A stretch of DNA of 47,864 bases from Nemertoderma westbladi. Taxonomy: Eukaryota; Animalia; Xenacoelomorpha. Position 1 is the first letter of the stretch. Each line of letters begins with the position of its first letter. The stretch covers positions 1 through 47,864 of the forward strand of contig JAUCBJ010000296.1 of NCBI GenBank assembly GCA_032718475.1. Reading direction: 5' to 3'. The notes under the pieces were generated by a model. It was not told the DNA's origin, searched no databases, and worked only from the letters and a program-made list of their open reading frames with translations. The translations under genes and the position numbers were made by a program. Below, piece by piece: positions 47,444 through 47,864 of this stretch.

Positions 47444-47864
47444 GTACCTATGCTATTCTATGCTATGCTAAGGCTTCGCTCACTTCGTGGTTCGCCCCAC
47501 AGTCTAAGAAAGTTTCACTGAGAGTCCCATAATTGATAGACTTTCTCAATTTGACAGATAAACTGAAAGCACTTATTGAACTGTCAACTCAACTCAACAC
47601 CCAATGAGGTGGAGTATTCCTTCCCAATAAATGGCTTTAGTTTACACCAAAATTATTAAATTATTTTTAAATTATAAGTATATATTAAATATAGTAGAAA
47701 ACAAACAATACTCAGCAGTTTAATGCACGGCCGTGCGCCGTGGCCTACTTTTCCACCTTTCAAATTCGTCATTCTGGGCAAATTATTTTGGTTTTCTAAA
47801 CAAAATTTAGATTTCCTAAATTTTTCCTACCGTTTAGAAACTTTTCACAGTGAATATTTTGAAG

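Overview
Eukaryotic (invertebrate metazoan-like) genomic DNA; the organism cannot be determined from sequence alone. Recognisable genes are RPAP2/Rtr1 (-, intronless CDS), DDX54/DBP10 (-, intronless CDS), an inositol-trisphosphate 3-kinase catalytic domain (+) and a 4-exon EHBP1 (-, NT-C2/NPF/CH/bMERB/CaaX). I also reconstructed by hand two spliced genes that the ORF track misses: a ~7-exon small TIR-domain gene (+, 3310-7621) and the first two exons of an unknown signal-peptide protein (+, 39344-40448). The rest is dense in mobile DNA: RTE and CR1 LINE relics, two copies of a tRNA-derived SINE, a 4.25-kb non-autonomous Mutator-type element, a hAT MITE, other MITEs, two ~650-bp palindromes and 23-, 34-, ~32- and 49-bp tandem arrays. 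The most striking structure is a ~4-kb array in EHBP1 intron 3 made of roughly 115 tandem copies of the gene's own exon-3/intron-3 junction. Each copy carries a near-consensus 5' splice site, and only the first donor gives a full-length protein. All alignments, counts and translations were done by eye.
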